Virus record (IMG/VR): IMGVR_UViG_3300016474_000107 | Coordinates: 1-44,804 of that record | Reading direction: 5' to 3' (one strand) | DNA length: 44,804 nucleotides | Source: a virus | Lineage: Duplodnaviria; Caudoviricetes | Part shown: piece by piece, positions 27,923 through 35,797 of the stretch | Layout of the letters: each line of letters starts with the position of its first letter | How positions within the stretch are numbered: the first letter of the stretch is position 1 | Notes under the pieces: model-generated | Seen by the model: the letters and a program-made list of their open reading frames with translations, nothing else | Database searches by the model: none | Told to the model about the DNA's origin: nothing | Position numbers and translations under genes: made by a program

Positions 27923-27929
27923 GTGAAGA

Positions 27930-27967
27930 TCTCCAAATTCTGTACTCTTTATTTATTCGTTTGGAGA
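27930..27967 (-). promoter_or_regulatory. Late promoter AATAAATA (27950-27957) inside an RBS-occluding inverted repeat
   Basis: Arms TCTCCAAA (27930-27937) and TTTGGAGA (27960-27967); the downstream arm on the minus strand contains the SD. Confidence 0.7.
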
Positions 27968-27977
27968 ATTTGCTTGT

Positions 27978-28002
27978 AAAAAATCCCGCCGAAGCGGGAT
28001 TT
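27978..28002 (-). terminator. Rho-independent terminator ending the tip-cassette operon
   Basis: RNA AAAUCCCGC-UUCG-GCGGGA-UUUUUU. Confidence 0.92.
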
Positions 28003-28003
28003 G

Positions 28004-28222
28004 TTATTTATTGGTGGTCTTTACTGGAGGGTAAACTATACCAAACTTAGCAAACTCTACAGTTTTGATAGCTTCAACTTCTTGATCAAACTGTTGCTTT
28101 GTAATTGGTAGTGGTTCATCTTCATTCCAGATCAAAGCGTCAAAGTCGCCATTGAATTCAAACTTTTTACCAGACAGTAGCTTAGTGATAGCTAAGTTCT
28201 GAATCTCTCGTTCGTTGATCAT
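28004..28222 (-). CDS. Small tip-partner/chaperone-like protein, cassette C (72 aa)
   Basis: A...L......F..G.....I.W......TK pattern shared with the 119-aa and 100-aa genes; SD GAGG. Confidence 0.7.
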   Translation of the reverse strand: MINEREIQNLAITKLLSGKKFEFNGDFDALIWNEDEPLPITKQQFDQEVEAIKTVEFAKFGIVYPPVKTTNK

Positions 28223-28233
28223 ATTATTTCCTC

Positions 28234-29079
28234 TTATCTAATCCAAAAACTAAATCCATAGATGTTGTCGTACTCTCCGTCACCATCAGATTCATAAAAG
28301 ATGATTCTATCTGCGTCGTTACCAATATCATCCCACTGAACGAATCTAGACTGCGGTAGAGACACATACCCACCATTAACCTCTCCAGTCCATGGAGAAG
28401 CTAAGTTACCTATAAACAAGCGTTTTCCATTACCAGAACCATCGCCGAAATAAATTCCAAAAGAAGTGTAGTTGCTTCCAAGAGTTACGGTTGTACCATC
28501 ACCACATGAAACGATCTGTTGTTTAGTTGGTGCAACTGTTGGGTTATCGCCAGAATCGTCAAAACCAGCACCATCTGGACCAGCAACAGAGTAAAAATCA
28601 AAACCCTGTACACGGATTCCACGAGATCCGTAAGGAACACGAATCTTAATAGATCTCATAGTTCCTAACTCACCGCTAACGCCTTCTGCTGGGAAATAGA
28701 TCGTTCCATTGCTAGATGCTTCCGCAGTGTTGTACTTATTCAATCTAACTAGAGGTTCGCCATCTTTAGCTGCGCTTGTTGGACTATTTCTATTTCTAGT
28801 GTCATTATTCTGTAACAGTCTTCTATAACGGTTAACAGTTCCAATATCAAACTTCATCCATCCGCCAACAGAAGAACCGCAAAGTGCCCCTGTCATATCA
28901 CACTGAACAAGAAGCGGAACATCGCCTGTAGTTCCTGGAAAGTTAACCCAATAGAACCCAGTAGGTGCGTTAGGATTGGCTTCTAAGATTTCTTTAGCAT
29001 TTGTAGCTGGCTTTGACGGAGTAGTACCAATCAAAATAGAGTCAGCTGTTACGCCTGAGTCATAAAATGTAACTGCCAT
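28234..29079 (-). CDS. Fibrinogen-like-domain putative adhesin C3 (281 aa)
   Basis: PA.NA.EIL..NP.APTG.YW...QCDMT....GGWM, resembling the start of fibrinogen C-terminal domains; paralog of the two adjacent genes. Confidence 0.75.
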   Translation of the reverse strand: MAVTFYDSGVTADSILIGTTPSKPATNAKEILEANPNAPTGFYWVNFPGTTGDVPLLVQCDMTGALCGSSVGGWMKFDIGTVNRYRRLLQNNDTRNRNSPTSAAKDGEPLVRLNKYNTAEASSNGTIYFPAEGVSGELGTMRSIKIRVPYGSRGIRVQGFDFYSVAGPDGAGFDDSGDNPTVAPTKQQIVSCGDGTTVTLGSNYTSFGIYFGDGSGNGKRLFIGNLASPWTGEVNGGYVSLPQSRFVQWDDIGNDADRIIFYESDGDGEYDNIYGFSFWIR

Positions 29080-29087
29080 ATATTACC

Positions 29088-29906
29088 TTATCTGATCCAA
29101 ATTGTATAGAAGTATAGTTGAACGTACTCTGTGTCGCCATCAGATTGATAAATGATTAGTCGATCAGCATCATTACCAATATCATCCCACTGAACGAAGC
29201 TGCTTGCACCTAGAGTGAACCAGCCACCGTTAATTTCTCCGCTCCAACCACCTTCGCTAACAGATCCGTTCCAGTTTGGTCTCCATACACGTTTTCCATT
29301 AGCTGCACCATCACCAAGGTAGATACCGAATGATGAATAGTTGCTGCCTAGACCAATACCATTTCCATCACCAGCAGAAACGATTTGAGCACGTGTAGGC
29401 GCAGAGTTATCTAGCCAGTCGTTATAAGCATAGTGGTCTGGACCATTGACAGAGTATCCTCTAAAATTAGTTACTCTGATACCACGAGAACCTGATGGCA
29501 TTCTAAATCTGATTGCTCTGATACCGCCATCTGTAGAAGATGGATTCCAGAACAAAGACATATCTTTAGAGGTGTCTTTTGTTACACCACCATATGCCCA
29601 ATAATAATTACCTGCTACTGGGTTTTCTTGAGAGTATAAAAGATTCCAGTTTTGATGTGTCCAAGCGTCATCAATTTTCATCCATCCACCGATAGAAGAA
29701 CCAGATTCGCTACCTGTCATATCGCAATAAGTTAGTAGCGGTTGGTTGTTTAGAGTGGCTGGAAACTGAATCCAATAATATCCAGAAGGTGCGTCTGGGT
29801 TGGCAGCAAGAATAGCACGTGCGCTACTTGCTGGGGTTACTGGTGTGGTTCCAATAAGAACATTAGAACCAGAAATTCCATAAGATCCGTTAATTGTAAT
29901 TGCCAT
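29088..29906 (-). CDS. Fibrinogen-like-domain putative adhesin C2 (272 aa)
   Basis: PASSARAILAANPDAPSGYYWI...YCDMT...GGWM; ends WIR. Confidence 0.75.
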   Translation of the reverse strand: MAITINGSYGISGSNVLIGTTPVTPASSARAILAANPDAPSGYYWIQFPATLNNQPLLTYCDMTGSESGSSIGGWMKIDDAWTHQNWNLLYSQENPVAGNYYWAYGGVTKDTSKDMSLFWNPSSTDGGIRAIRFRMPSGSRGIRVTNFRGYSVNGPDHYAYNDWLDNSAPTRAQIVSAGDGNGIGLGSNYSSFGIYLGDGAANGKRVWRPNWNGSVSEGGWSGEINGGWFTLGASSFVQWDDIGNDADRLIIYQSDGDTEYVQLYFYTIWIR

Positions 29907-30733
29907 TATCTTACCCAGAATGTCCAGTCATACAGATACTCATATTCAGTATTACCGTCTGTTTGGAAGAAAATTAGTCTGTCTGAATCGATACCAGTAT
30001 CGTCATATGGAACAAACGAATTTTGTGTTAGAGTTACATATCCACCATATGGCGCTTCAGCGTTTGTTGGATAGTCACCATTAGAAGTTCTGTATGGTCT
30101 TACTCCAGAACCCGAGCCGTTACCGAAGTAAATACCGAAACATGTGTAGTTTGAACCTAAGCTAACAGTACTGCCAGACCCAGATGACACAATCTGTGAA
30201 TTTGATGGGTTAGTAGCAGTGGTATCGTTCCAACTTGGCCAATCAGATCCACCAACTGAGTACATTCTCAATTTAGTAACTCTGATACCACGAGAACCAG
30301 AAGGTAGGCGAAATTGCAATGTTCTCAAAACACCGTCAGTTGCAGACTCCTGCCAGTAACGTCCTAAGTTGGTTGCTCCATACTCACCCCAATATCCATT
30401 CATCCACATTCCAAGACCATTACCACCAGAGTAAGCTGGTGTTCCGTTTGGTGTTAATTGATACTGTGCTAGAGCTCTGTGTGATTCCCACCATGCTAGA
30501 TCTAGACGCATCCATCCACCAACAGTAGAGCCAGCAGAAGAACCAGTCATATCGCAATATGTTTCTAGTGGGTAGTTTCCCAAAACTCCAGGAAAACTGA
30601 TCCAATACCAACCTGATGGTGCATTTGGGTTTTCTGCCAGAATAGCACGTGCGCTACTTGCTGGTCTGGCTGGGGTTACACCCAAGCCAAATTGACTGCC
30701 AGTTAGACCACTTTGGTTAATAGTAAAAGCCAT
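29906..30733 (-). CDS. Fibrinogen-like-domain putative adhesin C1 (275 aa)
   Basis: PASSARAILAENPNAPSGWYWI...YCDMT...GGWM; ends WVR. Confidence 0.75.
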   Translation of the reverse strand: MAFTINQSGLTGSQFGLGVTPARPASSARAILAENPNAPSGWYWISFPGVLGNYPLETYCDMTGSSAGSTVGGWMRLDLAWWESHRALAQYQLTPNGTPAYSGGNGLGMWMNGYWGEYGATNLGRYWQESATDGVLRTLQFRLPSGSRGIRVTKLRMYSVGGSDWPSWNDTTATNPSNSQIVSSGSGSTVSLGSNYTCFGIYFGNGSGSGVRPYRTSNGDYPTNAEAPYGGYVTLTQNSFVPYDDTGIDSDRLIFFQTDGNTEYEYLYDWTFWVR

Positions 30734-30745
30734 TTATACTCTCAA

Positions 30746-31105
30746 TTATGGTTTTGGAAACTGTTCTTTTACTGCGTCAATAGTTGCTTTCCAACCATCA
30801 TACCCTTGATGATATAGAGTGTCAAGCTGTTCAGCTACAGATGGATAGGAAACTGCACGTAGTCTAGCATACTGAGCGTTGTCAAATGCATCTTTAAGTT
30901 CTTGCGCCTTAGCCATAACAACTTCTTTTGTTGGTTTAGCGATGTCTTCGCTTTCCCACTCAATTTCTTCATATGTGAATTCGCCTGTAACTCGCCAGCG
31001 TGCTCCTGGAGCAATAGCGTTTAGCGCTTGAGGAACATACTCAGTTACAGGATAAGATCTTTGCGCTTTATAAAGCGGATTGTCTGGATGTAAATCGGAG
31101 CTCAT
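30746..31105 (-). CDS. Small tip-partner/chaperone-like protein, cassette B (119 aa)
   Basis: AL....PGA.W...G...Y..I.W......PTKE...Y...R...YP...EQLD.LYH....W...I.AVK..FPKP; start corrected to ATG 31105 (ATGA overlap, SD GGAGG). Confidence 0.8.
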   Translation of the reverse strand: MSSDLHPDNPLYKAQRSYPVTEYVPQALNAIAPGARWRVTGEFTYEEIEWESEDIAKPTKEVVMAKAQELKDAFDNAQYARLRAVSYPSVAEQLDTLYHQGYDGWKATIDAVKEQFPKP

Positions 31106-31644
31106 ACTGGCTCTACCTCCCAAATGTGTAATAGTGAACCTTGTTCGTTAGGGATTCTTGTATCCCCGTCGCCATAATGAGGGTTCCAAGGTGTTCCTGG
31201 GTTGTTGGCGCCACCATCATTAGCTGCCCAACCCACCTTCATATTTAGCACTCCAGTTTTGGTGATGTCTGGGAAGTAAGTGACGAACATACTACGGCGA
31301 TCGTCACCTGCAGAAGAAGGGCTTCCACCACCACCAATCTCAGAATATGGAGTACAACGGTAAGATCTATTACCATCAATTTCTCCATAATAGCCAACTT
31401 GACCGTTTTGAGTTGATCCAAAGTGCAGCCATCCATAAACAACAAGGATAGAAGTTCTGGAAATCTTTGTTACTGGAAACTGCCACAATGTACCGTCAAC
31501 TTGAGCACTAATAGCAACACGTTGATTGGACCATGCAGTTTGGTGATTGAATGGTCTTCTTGTTGTCCAGTTTTTAATTTGTGCTGTGGTGATATTGTTA
31601 CCACCACTAGTATTTTGAATGTTTGTTACGCCTAGGAAACTCAT
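31102..31644 (-). CDS. Putative fibre-tip protein B3 (180 aa)
   Basis: Paralog of the two upstream genes (K.S.TS, NGQVG.Y, GW.A.DGGAN.P...WN, WE(I/V)E); start corrected to ATG 31644. Confidence 0.75.
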   Translation of the reverse strand: MSFLGVTNIQNTSGGNNITTAQIKNWTTRRPFNHQTAWSNQRVAISAQVDGTLWQFPVTKISRTSILVVYGWLHFGSTQNGQVGYYGEIDGNRSYRCTPYSEIGGGGSPSSAGDDRRSMFVTYFPDITKTGVLNMKVGWAANDGGANNPGTPWNPHYGDGDTRIPNEQGSLLHIWEVEPV

Positions 31645-32198
31645 GGTTCTATCTCCCATAGTCTGATGAACGATCCACTATCTGGGCGAGTTCTTGGTTC
31701 ATCAGAACTGTTTGGATTCCAAACACTAGATGGCGTATTAGCTGTACCGTTGTAAGAACTCCAACCAATAGTAAATGTTTGACTTCCAGTTGTTGTATAT
31801 CCACTGATGTAAGAGATTACATATTGAATCGTATCAACACTAGGGTCACTAGCGGTTGCACTATTTTCACCGACAGCCATGTACGGGAAGCCGATGTAAG
31901 TGTTTGAAGAAGTTCCATACTTACAGAACAGTCCAACTTCAGCGTTTACGTTTTCTCTAAAGTGAAGATAACCTTCTAGGCAAAGAATAGAAGTTGACGA
32001 TAGCTTGTTATATGTAACAGACCACAGACTACTATTAGTTACAACAGAAGACAACGCTGTTCTAGTTGTATTCAAATAAATCTGCTCATTAAATGGACCA
32101 GACTTCAGACGATTGAAATAATCAGTCTGTGTAAATTCTCTAAACTTACTTGAGTTGTTGTTGGCAACTACAATATTGTTAGCTTGAATAGTACTCAA
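31641..32198 (-). CDS. Putative fibre-tip protein B2 (185 aa)
   Basis: Paralog family B; start corrected to TTG 32198 (TTGA overlap, SD GGAGG). Confidence 0.75.
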   Translation of the reverse strand: MSTIQANNIVVANNNSSKFREFTQTDYFNRLKSGPFNEQIYLNTTRTALSSVVTNSSLWSVTYNKLSSTSILCLEGYLHFRENVNAEVGLFCKYGTSSNTYIGFPYMAVGENSATASDPSVDTIQYVISYISGYTTTGSQTFTIGWSSYNGTANTPSSVWNPNSSDEPRTRPDSGSFIRLWEIEP

Positions 32199-32764
32199 TT
32201 TTCTACCTCCCAAACTAACATAATAGAACCAGATGCTGGGTTTGTTCTTGCTTCATCGGTATTGTTTCCATTCCAAACAGCAAACGGAGCATTAGCGCCA
32301 CCATCTCTTGCTTGCCAACCAATATAAAGATTTTGAGCACCAGTTGTAGTAACCCCACCGATGATAGTGTGGATTGTATGGCATCCAAAGTTGTATGTAT
32401 TGGCGTTGGCGTTTGCGTTTGCGGAGTTTGCAGCACCCCACCACTCAGCATACGCATTACCTTTCCAAGATTTAGCGCTGCTTCCGTAACGAGCATACCA
32501 ACCAACTTGTCCATTGACTACGCCGTTACCTTTTATATACGCTCTAATGTAGATGGTAGACGTAGGTGACATCTTGCTGTAAGAAACACCCCAAAGGTCA
32601 GTTGCTGGTTGAGCAGAAACTGCAGTTCGGGTGTTATTGTAGTAAACCTTGTAGTTGAACGCAGTGTTGTGCGACCCAAGTACAGTAGGTACTACATCTG
32701 GAAATTTTGTTTGGTTGTTACCGCTAATATCGGTCAACCCACCACGAACAATTACTGTGCTCAT
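32195..32764 (-). CDS. Putative fibre-tip protein B1 (189 aa)
   Basis: Paralog family B; beta-rich, ends SGSIMLVWEVEN. Confidence 0.75.
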   Translation of the reverse strand: MSTVIVRGGLTDISGNNQTKFPDVVPTVLGSHNTAFNYKVYYNNTRTAVSAQPATDLWGVSYSKMSPTSTIYIRAYIKGNGVVNGQVGWYARYGSSAKSWKGNAYAEWWGAANSANANANANTYNFGCHTIHTIIGGVTTTGAQNLYIGWQARDGGANAPFAVWNGNNTDEARTNPASGSIMLVWEVEN

Positions 32765-32767
32765 CTA

Positions 32768-33070
32768 TTACTCTGGCTTTGGATATTTTGCTTTAACTGC
32801 TAAGCATGCGTCAATATATGCTTGAATTTGCGCTTGATCGCCCTTAACCACACCATCGATATATTCTTGAAGTGGTGGGTATTCTTGCATACGTTGTCTT
32901 TTGTATTTCTGTGCTTCAATTTCTGCTAGAACAACTTGAACTTCAGCTTCAACTTCTTCTTTAGTTGGTAGCGTTTGTTTCTTGTCTAACCATGTGATGC
33001 CCTCGTAGCTTTCTCCAATAAGAGTCCACTCTGCACCTGGACGTAGGCGAACTAATGCCTGATCAATCAT
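32768..33070 (-). CDS. Small tip-partner/chaperone-like protein, cassette A (100 aa)
   Basis: AL..LRPGAEW...G.SY.GITW......PTKEEVEAE...Y...R..EYP...AVKAKYPKP; ATGA overlap with the upstream gene. Confidence 0.8.
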   Translation of the reverse strand: MIDQALVRLRPGAEWTLIGESYEGITWLDKKQTLPTKEEVEAEVQVVLAEIEAQKYKRQRMQEYPPLQEYIDGVVKGDQAQIQAYIDACLAVKAKYPKPE

Positions 33071-33627
33071 CTTGAAATCTCCATAATTCGAATTGTTGAC
33101 ACGCCAGCACCAGAGCCTGATGATTGGTGTGTGCGGTTAAAATATGCGGTACTTCCAGTAACTCTCCACTGAAGAGTTAATGTAATTGGCACACCTACCT
33201 TAGAACCAGTGAATTTGCCAATATGTTCTATGTTCTTAATAAGATACGCATTAGCTTCATCGCTAAACTGACTATATCCAAGCTCAGCGTCCCAACCCCA
33301 GAAAGTTTCTCCAGAATTGATATAACCGTTTGGCACACCAAACGCTGGAGAAATAAACTGATCGGTGTAGCTATTATAGAGTCTAAACTCAGTCTCTGTT
33401 TGGTTGGCGGTCCAACCACGACCATTATCGTTAAATACGGCAACAGTCTCTACAAAGAACTCACTATTATCAGCTTTTGGAACAATAGTGGCTGAAAAGA
33501 TGTCAACGAATGATGTGCTTGTTGTAGCTACTTGCTGATTGTAAGTTTGTGTGACTACCTGCAGCGGTACGTTTACAATAGCACCAGAAGTAGTTCTCCA
33601 TTTGTCAAAGCGTGCATAACTTGGCAT
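33067..33627 (-). CDS. Putative fibre-tip protein A2 (186 aa)
   Basis: Paralog of A1: FD.W..., NVPLQVV, TTSTS..D.F, FWGWDAELGY..FSDEA.AYLIKNI, ST.R.MEI. Confidence 0.78.
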   Translation of the reverse strand: MPSYARFDKWRTTSGAIVNVPLQVVTQTYNQQVATTSTSFVDIFSATIVPKADNSEFFVETVAVFNDNGRGWTANQTETEFRLYNSYTDQFISPAFGVPNGYINSGETFWGWDAELGYSQFSDEANAYLIKNIEHIGKFTGSKVGVPITLTLQWRVTGSTAYFNRTHQSSGSGAGVSTIRIMEISR

Positions 33628-33635
33628 ATTATTCC

Positions 33636-34184
33636 TTACTGAGCAATTTCCATAACTCTAAGAGTAGATACGCCTGAGCCAGAACCTGTTGATTGGAACA
33701 CTCTATTGATATATCCTGTGCTATTATCAACACGCCACTGCAATGTGAATGTAATAGGAGTGCCTGCCGTAGAACCAGAAGCCTCACCAACCCACTTAAT
33801 ATTTTTGATTAAGTATGCTTTAGCTTCATCCGAGAATGTATAACCAAGTTCTGCATCCCAACCCCAGAAACAGCTACCGTCAGTGTAGCTAGTTGATACT
33901 GCTGGAGAAACAGCAGAACTAGTATTAGAATTCCAAACTCTAAATTTTGCCTGACATTCGTTGGTGCTGTAACCACGACCGTTATCAGAGAAACAAAGAG
34001 ACAGGTCAATAGACCACTTACTGCCACTTTGCTTTGGAGTAACTGTGACTGCAAACGCATCAGTGTATGATGTGCTTGTAGTTGACAGTTGGTTTGTGAG
34101 TACGTTTGATACTACCTGAAGAGGTACGTTGTGTGTAACGCCAGAACTGTTCTGCCATGTGTCAAACTTTAGAATACTTGCCAT
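33636..34184 (-). CDS. Putative fibre-tip protein A1 (182 aa)
   Basis: Directly follows the 451-aa fibre; MASILKFDTWQN start, LQVV...TTSTSY...P....SK...MEIAQ pattern. Confidence 0.78.
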   Translation of the reverse strand: MASILKFDTWQNSSGVTHNVPLQVVSNVLTNQLSTTSTSYTDAFAVTVTPKQSGSKWSIDLSLCFSDNGRGYSTNECQAKFRVWNSNTSSAVSPAVSTSYTDGSCFWGWDAELGYTFSDEAKAYLIKNIKWVGEASGSTAGTPITFTLQWRVDNSTGYINRVFQSTGSGSGVSTLRVMEIAQ

Positions 34185-34196
34185 TTCAATTTCCTA

Positions 34197-35552
34197 TTAT
34201 ACGATTGTCCAAGTAGAGCCGTCTGGAACAGTTACTGTAACATTATTATTTATGGTGACTGGTCCAGCTGTCATAGCGTTCTTACCAGTAGTGATAGTGT
34301 AGTTCGCAGAGATAGTAGTGTCGTTTTCCCAGAAAGCGTAGTTACCTGCGCCACCAGTAGCACCAGAACCAATAGCACCCCATGCTGTTCCGTTATGTCC
34401 TTCAAACTGATTTAGGTCGCTGTTGTAGCGAATCTTACCCGCAGCACCAGTTGGACGTTGTGCGCTAGTACCTTTAGGTAGAGTTAGAGAGCCAGTAGAT
34501 GACCAAGCAGAATCTGTATCTAATTTAGCTACGTTAGAACCTACAGTTAGTGTTGGATTTCCAGAAACACCATCCCCGTTGGTTACTGTGATATATCCGC
34601 TAGTTCCAGTAATTGTTCTAGCTGAAGAGGTACCAGAACCTGTTCTAGCATACAAACCTGCAGTAGAGATTGATGAAATAGCAGCCAAGTTTGCTGAGTA
34701 TGCCTGAACGTCAGTACCAATAGCCAACCCAAGATTAGTTCTTGCAGCTGCTGCGTTAGACGCTCCAGTACCACCGTCAGCAATAGCTAGGTCAGTAGTA
34801 AGAGTCTGGATAGTACCACCAGTGATGTTAACTGCGTTAGCTTCTTGTAAAGCTAAAGAGCCGATACCCAAGTTGGTTCTTGCTGCAGAAGCAGTAGTTC
34901 CGCCAGTACCACCATTGCCGATAGCGACAACACCAGTTACGTTTGTTGCGTTGCCTGTTACATTACCTGTAACATCACCAGTTACGTTACCGATTAGAGT
35001 TGCATATACGTTTAGACCAACGAATCCTGCAGCTGTAATGATACCCTCATCGTCACGGTCTGGGATAGATTCATCAGTGACCGTAACATAACACTGAGCT
35101 TTATCAGTCTGTGCGGTAGAAGATACGTTAGGTAGGGAAGGTTGAGAGTATGTAAAAGATGTAGCGTTTGGAACAGTAGCGATAGTATAAGTTCCATTGA
35201 AACTTACATTCGAACCGTTAATCAAAACACCAAATACCTTAACACTCTGACCGACTGTGAATCCGTGCGCAGAGGAAGTGGTGATAGTAGCTACCGCACT
35301 TGTTCTAGATACACTTGAAATTACAAATGCACCTGGAGTGTAGTGAGAGTAGGTATGTCCATCAAGGAAGTCTGCGTCTAAACCAGAACCGTGTCCATCG
35401 ACAGTCTTAAGTTTAGTTAAGATGTCGTTTGGGGTATAAGTTGATGCATCTAGCTTGGTAGCTAGCTCATTGTTTAAGGATGTAAAGTTACCGTCCACCT
35501 CTGCATTGGTTAGCGGACTACCCTTTACTGATCTTAGCGTTAATGTCGCCAT
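34197..35552 (-). CDS. Fibre protein (451 aa), probable baseplate-attached
   Basis: LR..KGSPLT..EVD.NF N-terminus, GSGLDADFLDG, HGF..GQ.V...FNGTY.I domain, GGTG....AARTNLG repeats, C-terminal NAMTAGP...WTIV. Confidence 0.85.
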   Translation of the reverse strand: MATLTLRSVKGSPLTNAEVDGNFTSLNNELATKLDASTYTPNDILTKLKTVDGHGSGLDADFLDGHTYSHYTPGAFVISSVSRTSAVATITTSSAHGFTVGQSVKVFGVLINGSNVSFNGTYTIATVPNATSFTYSQPSLPNVSSTAQTDKAQCYVTVTDESIPDRDDEGIITAAGFVGLNVYATLIGNVTGDVTGNVTGNATNVTGVVAIGNGGTGGTTASAARTNLGIGSLALQEANAVNITGGTIQTLTTDLAIADGGTGASNAAAARTNLGLAIGTDVQAYSANLAAISSISTAGLYARTGSGTSSARTITGTSGYITVTNGDGVSGNPTLTVGSNVAKLDTDSAWSSTGSLTLPKGTSAQRPTGAAGKIRYNSDLNQFEGHNGTAWGAIGSGATGGAGNYAFWENDTTISANYTITTGKNAMTAGPVTINNNVTVTVPDGSTWTIV

Positions 35553-35576
35553 TATTTTCCCTTATCTTTCAGGTAA

Positions 35577-35795
35577 TTATTTATTCAACAATGCTACTAG
35601 CATTTGCTTGATTTCGCAGATCTCATTCTTAATGTTATTTATTTCTTCTGCCTGCTTAGCTATTTGCTCTTTAGCCTGTTTAGACTGAGACTTTCTAGCT
35701 AGGTAGTTCTCAAACTCTGTTTGGTTGGTATTCAAGACTGCCCCAGAGGACATGTCTCGAACCAAACCATCTTTAGCTTTGATATGAACGAACAT
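35577..35795 (-). CDS. Small conserved coiled-coil protein following the VrlC-like gene (72 aa)
   Basis: GLVRD..SGAVLN motif plus heptad C-terminus; start corrected to ATG 35795. Confidence 0.75.
   Translation of the reverse strand: MFVHIKAKDGLVRDMSSGAVLNTNQTEFENYLARKSQSKQAKEQIAKQAEEINNIKNEICEIKQMLVALLNK
35578..35585 (-). promoter_or_regulatory. Late promoter AATAAATA upstream of the 451-aa fibre
   Basis: Overlaps the stop of the 72-aa gene, ~25 nt upstream of the ATG. Confidence 0.6.
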
Positions 35796-35797
35796 AA

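Noticed and set aside
28005-28012. AATAAATA late-promoter motif
   Set aside because: Formed by Asn-Lys-stop codons and immediately followed by a terminator; likely coincidental. The copy at 35636-35643 is likewise within coding sequence.
28004-34184. Shufflon or invertible tail-fibre cassette
   Set aside because: All genes are intact, co-oriented and have their own starts; no inverted recombination sites or recombinase seen in the window.
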